Source of the DNA: Acidobacteriota bacterium
GTDB taxonomy: Bacteria > Acidobacteriota > UBA890 > WLXD01
Length of the DNA: 64,000 bases
Reading direction: 5' to 3'
Assembly (NCBI GenBank): GCA_963666055.2
Contig: CAXWPH010000015.1
Coordinates: 1,088,001 to 1,152,000, forward strand
Position numbers and translations under genes: made by a program. Of this stretch, positions 59,781 through 64,000 are shown piece by piece. The notes under the pieces are model-generated. The model ran no database searches. It worked only from the letters and a program-made list of their open reading frames with translations, and was not told where the DNA came from. Each line of letters opens with the position of its first letter. The first letter of the stretch is position 1.

Positions 59781-60047
59781 ATGGCCAGACGAAGTAGAAC
59801 ATCGGTACTGAAGCGGCAGCGAGAGGCTGCCAAGCGGCAACGTGAGCGTCGGAAGGCCGAGAAGCAAGCCCTCAAGCGCGAGCGTCGTCATGGCAAGAAG
59901 CCAGGAACGCAGATGGCGTCTCATGATGACCTCGTCGGTCTCGGCATCGTCACGGAGCTCGAGGAGCTCGAGGAGCCCGAGGAGTCCAAGGAGTCCGAGG
60001 AGACCAAGGGAGCCGAGGAGACCAGGGAAGCCGGCACGAGCGAATAA
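59781..60047 (+). CDS. Small hypothetical protein, basic N-terminus and acidic repetitive tail
   Basis: KRQREAAKRQRERRKAEK; tail encoded by degenerate 9-bp repeats; lies downstream of csp. Confidence 0.6.
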   Translation: MARRSRTSVLKRQREAAKRQRERRKAEKQALKRERRHGKKPGTQMASHDDLVGLGIVTELEELEEPEESKESEETKGAEETREAGTSE

Positions 60048-60138
60048 GGCGGGGAGAGCCCGCATGGTCGCCGCGCCCGCTCCCGGCTGACGGCGGTCGC
60101 GTACACTAGGCGCCGGGTTCCCTGGCGAGGCACCGACA

Positions 60139-61482
60139 TTGCGCGAAACCTGGGCCAGTCGTTTCGGGTTCATCATGGCGACGGCGGGATTCGCCATTGG
60201 TCTGGGGAACATCTGGCGGTTCCCTTACCTCACCGGGACCAATGGCGGCGGTGCCTTCCTGCTCATCTACGTCCTGTTCAGCATCCTCATCGGCATCCCG
60301 CTGATGAGCGCCGAGATGAGCCTGGGTCGCAAGACGCAATTGACCCCGCTGGCGGGGATGATCAGCCTCACCGGATCGGTCTGGAGCCCCTGGAACCTCA
60401 TCGCCTGGCTGGGCGTGACCGCCGCAATACTGATTCAGTCGTACTACTTGATGCTGATCGGGTGGATTCTCGGCTATTTCCGCATGATCGTCACCGGGCA
60501 GCTCGCGACCGTGCCGCCGGACCGACTCATCGCCACCTACGAGACGTTTATCGGCACCCCCGGCCCGGTGATCGCGTACACGATGCTGGTGATCGTGGTG
60601 CTGGCGTTGATTGCTAGCCGTGGGCTGCGGCGTGGTCTCGAGCGCGTGAGCATGTACGCGATGCCGGTGCTGTTCGTCTTGCTACTACTGTTGGCGATCC
60701 GATCGGTGACTTACCCGGGTGCCTGGCAGGGTCTCGTCTGGTACCTCATGCCCGACTTCTCGGCTATCAATGGCCGTATCGTGCTGGAGGCCCTCGGTCA
60801 CGCTTTCTACTCGATCGGTATCGGGATGGCCACGGCCTTCGGTCTCGGCAGTTACCTGCACCGACAGAAGAGCGATGTTCCTGGCAGCGTCGCGTTGGTG
60901 GTGGCGTGTGACACGTTTGTGGCCTTTCTCGCCGGCCTGGTGATCTTTCCGGCGCTGTTCGCTTTTGGACTCGAGCCCGATACCGGCCCGGGCTTGCTGT
61001 TTGTCACCATGACGAACATGTTCGCGCGCATGCCCGCCGGCAACCTCTTCGGCGGCGCCTTCTTCTTCCTATTGATTCTGGCCGCGATAACCTCTGCGGC
61101 AGCGCTGTTCGAGGTGCTGACGACGACGCTCACCGACTTGACCAGGCTGCGCCGTGCCACCGCCACGTGGTTGCTGGCCGGCGTGTTTGGCCTGTTGTCC
61201 ACCCCGGTGATCTTGTCGTTGGCGCCTGGCTCGGGCCTGCGCTTGTTCGGCATGGACCTGTTCGCGTTTGCCGACGTAACCTCGGGGCGCTACCTGCTTC
61301 CCCTCGGCGGTTTGACGCTAGCCCTGTACGTTGCCCTCGTCTGGGGATTCGATCGTTTTCGTGACGAGACCAACGTCGGCGCCGGCCGGGTGCGCGTTAC
61401 CGCCGCCTGGAAGCCGTTGATGGTATTTCTCATTCCGGTGGCAGTGGCTCTCGTGCTGCTGGTGGGCGCCGGGATCCTGTAG
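60139..61482 (+). CDS. Sodium-dependent transporter (NSS/SNF family)
   Basis: RETWASRFGF, AIGLGNIWRFPY, NGGGAF, GPGLLF. Confidence 0.95.
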   Translation: MRETWASRFGFIMATAGFAIGLGNIWRFPYLTGTNGGGAFLLIYVLFSILIGIPLMSAEMSLGRKTQLTPLAGMISLTGSVWSPWNLIAWLGVTAAILIQSYYLMLIGWILGYFRMIVTGQLATVPPDRLIATYETFIGTPGPVIAYTMLVIVVLALIASRGLRRGLERVSMYAMPVLFVLLLLLAIRSVTYPGAWQGLVWYLMPDFSAINGRIVLEALGHAFYSIGIGMATAFGLGSYLHRQKSDVPGSVALVVACDTFVAFLAGLVIFPALFAFGLEPDTGPGLLFVTMTNMFARMPAGNLFGGAFFFLLILAAITSAAALFEVLTTTLTDLTRLRRATATWLLAGVFGLLSTPVILSLAPGSGLRLFGMDLFAFADVTSGRYLLPLGGLTLALYVALVWGFDRFRDETNVGAGRVRVTAAWKPLMVFLIPVAVALVLLVGAGIL

Positions 61483-61530
61483 TCGGCGGGCGCCGGCCGA
61501 GCCAGGCGCAGCCGGACAAGCGGCGGCTCC

Positions 61531-62433
61531 TCAAGCGTTGCTCGGCGCCCGGTGCCTACGGCGGCGCTCCAATTGTATGCGGCGGGCGGGTGCCAGCATC
61601 ACAGCGCCGATGATCATGCCGGCCCCAAGCCACTGTATCGGCGAGAGCCGCTCACCGAGAAACAAGGCCGCCCAGGCCAGGCTCATGATCGCCTCGATCG
61701 GCATGAGCAGCGCGGTCTGACCACCGCCCAGCAAGCGTACGCCCTGGATCGTCGCGACGCGGGCTATGGCGGTGCCGATGACAGCCGACCACAGCACCAC
61801 CGCCCAGCCGACGCTCGACAGCGGTTCGCCCGGCGCCTCCAGCGGTATCAACAGATACGCCAGCAGCCCCATGGTGCCGGTGATCCAGAGCGCTGTGCTG
61901 GTGGCCGGATAGGCCACCAGGCGCGTATGGATGATGAGCATGTAAAGGGCGTAGAAGCTGGCGCACACAACCGCGAAGAAGATGCCCAGCGGATCAACGT
62001 CGCCGGTCACGTCTGAGACGAGCGCAATGCCCAGCAGTGCCATCGCCAGGCGCGTCCAGTCGAGCCGTGTGATGGTCTCGCCGCGTAGCGCCAGCACACC
62101 GAGCAACAGCGCCGGATAGGTGGAGAACACCAACATGCCGATGGCGGCATCGATTCGCCGCAGAGCCCAGTAAAAGAACAGCAGGGCCAAGAGGTTGAAG
62201 ACGCCGGCCAGCGCACAGCTCTGGCGCCCGCGGCGATCGATCAGCATCCCCCCGGACCGCCTCAGCAACAGATACAGCCCGATGAAGCAGCTGCCGATCA
62301 CCATCCGCGGTGCTAGCAACTGCAGCGGTGTCGCAGCGCCTACGGTGAGCCCGATCTTGACGGCGGTTGGCAGGGTGCTGAGGCAGGCGCTGGCCACGAA
62401 CACCACCAGGAAGCCGCGGTTGTGCGCCCGCAC
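61531..62433 (-). CDS. DMT/EamA family transporter
   Basis: About 10 TM segments; LFLGERLSPIQWLG; start uncertain. Confidence 0.85.
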   Translation of the reverse strand: MRAHNRGFLVVFVASACLSTLPTAVKIGLTVGAATPLQLLAPRMVIGSCFIGLYLLLRRSGGMLIDRRGRQSCALAGVFNLLALLFFYWALRRIDAAIGMLVFSTYPALLLGVLALRGETITRLDWTRLAMALLGIALVSDVTGDVDPLGIFFAVVCASFYALYMLIIHTRLVAYPATSTALWITGTMGLLAYLLIPLEAPGEPLSSVGWAVVLWSAVIGTAIARVATIQGVRLLGGGQTALLMPIEAIMSLAWAALFLGERLSPIQWLGAGMIIGAVMLAPARRIQLERRRRHRAPSNA

Positions 62434-62733
62434 GGAGCCCCTCTGTGTTGCGGGAGAGAATCGCCGGCCGATTGGGGCAGCCGCGAAAGGCACGCATGGT
62501 ATCGTGCCGCGCCGCCGCCAGTGCCTCCCGAGGGGGGCGGTGTTGGTGTACCGCGCTCCCTTGCGGCTATCGTTCGGCGTGCACTAGCGTGCATCATCTG
62601 CGGCAGCTGCGGCCATCACCGCGCCGGCCGGGCTCCACCGGAGGTTTCATGCACACGCCGCATCGACCCACCCGTCAGCGGCTCGCGCTGACCTTCGTGC
62701 GGTGGTAGCTCGGTGAACGTCGACGAGGCGCCC

Positions 62734-64000
62734 GTGAGCTTTGATGCTGGGGTCGTGCAAGACGAGCTCCGCCACGCTATCCGCGGCGAGGTGCTCACCG
62801 ACGAGGTTTCGCTAGGCCTGTACGCTACCGACGCGAGCAACTACCAGATCCTGCCCGTGGTGGTGGTGCTTCCGCGCGACGCCAGCGATGTGGAGAGTGC
62901 GGTGGCGATCGCGGCGCGTCATCGGCTGCCCATCCTCCCGCGTGGGGGTGGTACGAGCCTGGCCGGGCAGACGGTAGCGGCGGCGATGGTGCTCGATTTG
63001 TCGAAGCACATGAACCGCATCCTCGAGCTCGACGTCGAGGCACGGACCGTACGGGTCGAGCCGGGCTTGGTGCGCGACGAGCTCAACGCCGCTGTCGCCG
63101 AGCACGGCCTGCACTTTGCTCCCGACCCGGCGACCGCCAATCGAGCCAACGTCGGCGGCATGATTGGCAATAATTCGTCCGGAACCAAGAGCATCCTCTT
63201 CGGCAAGACCATCGACCACGTCGAAGAGCTGAGAGTGCTGTTAGCCGATGGCACAACCTTGGATCTGCGTCAGCTGTCGTCCGACGAGCTTGCAGCCCGG
63301 ACAGTAGGGAGCGGCCGCGAGGCGGAGATCTACCGTGGTCTGCGACGCATCGTGGCTGACAATCGCGACGAGATTGCGGCGCGCTACCCGAAGGTCATGC
63401 GCCGAGTAGGCGGTTACCCGCTCGACGAGCTGGTCTCGGACGATGGCTGGAACCCGGCCAAGATCCTGGTGGGTAGCGAGGGGACGCTCGCTGTGACGCT
63501 AGAGGCGAAGCTTCGCCTGGAGCCGTTGCCGCGCCACACCTCCATCTGCGTGGCGCACTTTGCCGACCTGCTGGAGACGATACGCGCCGTCGAGCATATC
63601 CTGCCTTTCGGCCCGTCGGCGGTGGAGATCCTCGACCACACCGTGCTTCGGCTGGCGCGCCACAATCGGCAGGCAGCGCAGCTCTGCGACTTCCTGGAAG
63701 GCGATCCAGCGGCGGTGCTCATCGTCGAGTTCTACGGAGACACGGCGGCCGACGTTGCCGATCGGGCTCATCGGATAGCCGCCGACCTGGCCGCCCGCGG
63801 CCTCGGCTACGCCTTCCCGATCTTGCTCGATAGAGCTGGGCAGGCGCGTGTCTGGGAGGTTCGCAAGAGCGGACTCGGTCTGATGCTGGGGATGAAGGGC
63901 GATCGCAAGCCGCTGCCCTTTATCGAGGATGCAGCTGTCCCCATCCCGGTGCTTCCGGAATACATCGCCGGAGTACTCGACATCTGCCGTGGCCTCGGCG
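62734..64000 (+). CDS. FAD-linked oxidase (GlcD/YdiJ-like), runs off the window
   Basis: LYATDASNY, PRGGGTSLAGQ, DPATANRANVGGMIGNN, GSEGTL; not in the ORF track because it has no stop in the window. Confidence 0.9.
   Translation, partial: MSFDAGVVQDELRHAIRGEVLTDEVSLGLYATDASNYQILPVVVVLPRDASDVESAVAIAARHRLPILPRGGGTSLAGQTVAAAMVLDLSKHMNRILELDVEARTVRVEPGLVRDELNAAVAEHGLHFAPDPATANRANVGGMIGNNSSGTKSILFGKTIDHVEELRVLLADGTTLDLRQLSSDELAARTVGSGREAEIYRGLRRIVADNRDEIAARYPKVMRRVGGYPLDELVSDDGWNPAKILVGSEGTLAVTLEAKLRLEPLPRHTSICVAHFADLLETIRAVEHILPFGPSAVEILDHTVLRLARHNRQAAQLCDFLEGDPAAVLIVEFYGDTAADVADRAHRIAADLAARGLGYAFPILLDRAGQARVWEVRKSGLGLMLGMKGDRKPLPFIEDAAVPIPVLPEYIAGVLDICRGLG

Noticed and set aside
1-64000. rRNA, tRNA (including tRNA-Sec), riboswitch or transposase genes
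   Set aside because: None recognised by eye; a tRNAscan/Infernal/HMM run is needed to exclude them formally

Overview
High-GC bacterial accessory region, probably Acidobacteriota (inferred from two PadR + ADOP-type duplicated permease pairs and several Ser/Thr kinase-PD40 genes). It is rich in exported catabolic enzymes: two SpdH-like flavoproteins, sulfatases, amidohydrolases, a CocE/NonD hydrolase and NHL/YVTN propellers. It also carries ilvD, a Co-type nitrile hydratase operon, transporters, a cold-shock gene and many gene relics. Signals the ORF track misses: (1) the nitrile hydratase alpha subunit has a twin-arginine (Tat)-like leader, suggesting a periplasmic NHase; (2) two probable selenoproteins, a DUF3179-like protein and a tandem rhodanese, are each split at an in-frame TGA followed by a SECIS-like hairpin; (3) a family of 278-279 bp CTAG-ended structured repeats (MITE/REPIN-like) has variable but self-complementary termini, and most copies sit on gene stop codons; (4) one sigma70-like promoter plus leader is shared by three kinase gene starts; (5) there is widespread gene decay, including two short tandem duplications that cause frameshifts. 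No rRNA, tRNA, CRISPR array, transposase or integrase was seen. All calls come from reading the sequence by eye; no searches were run.
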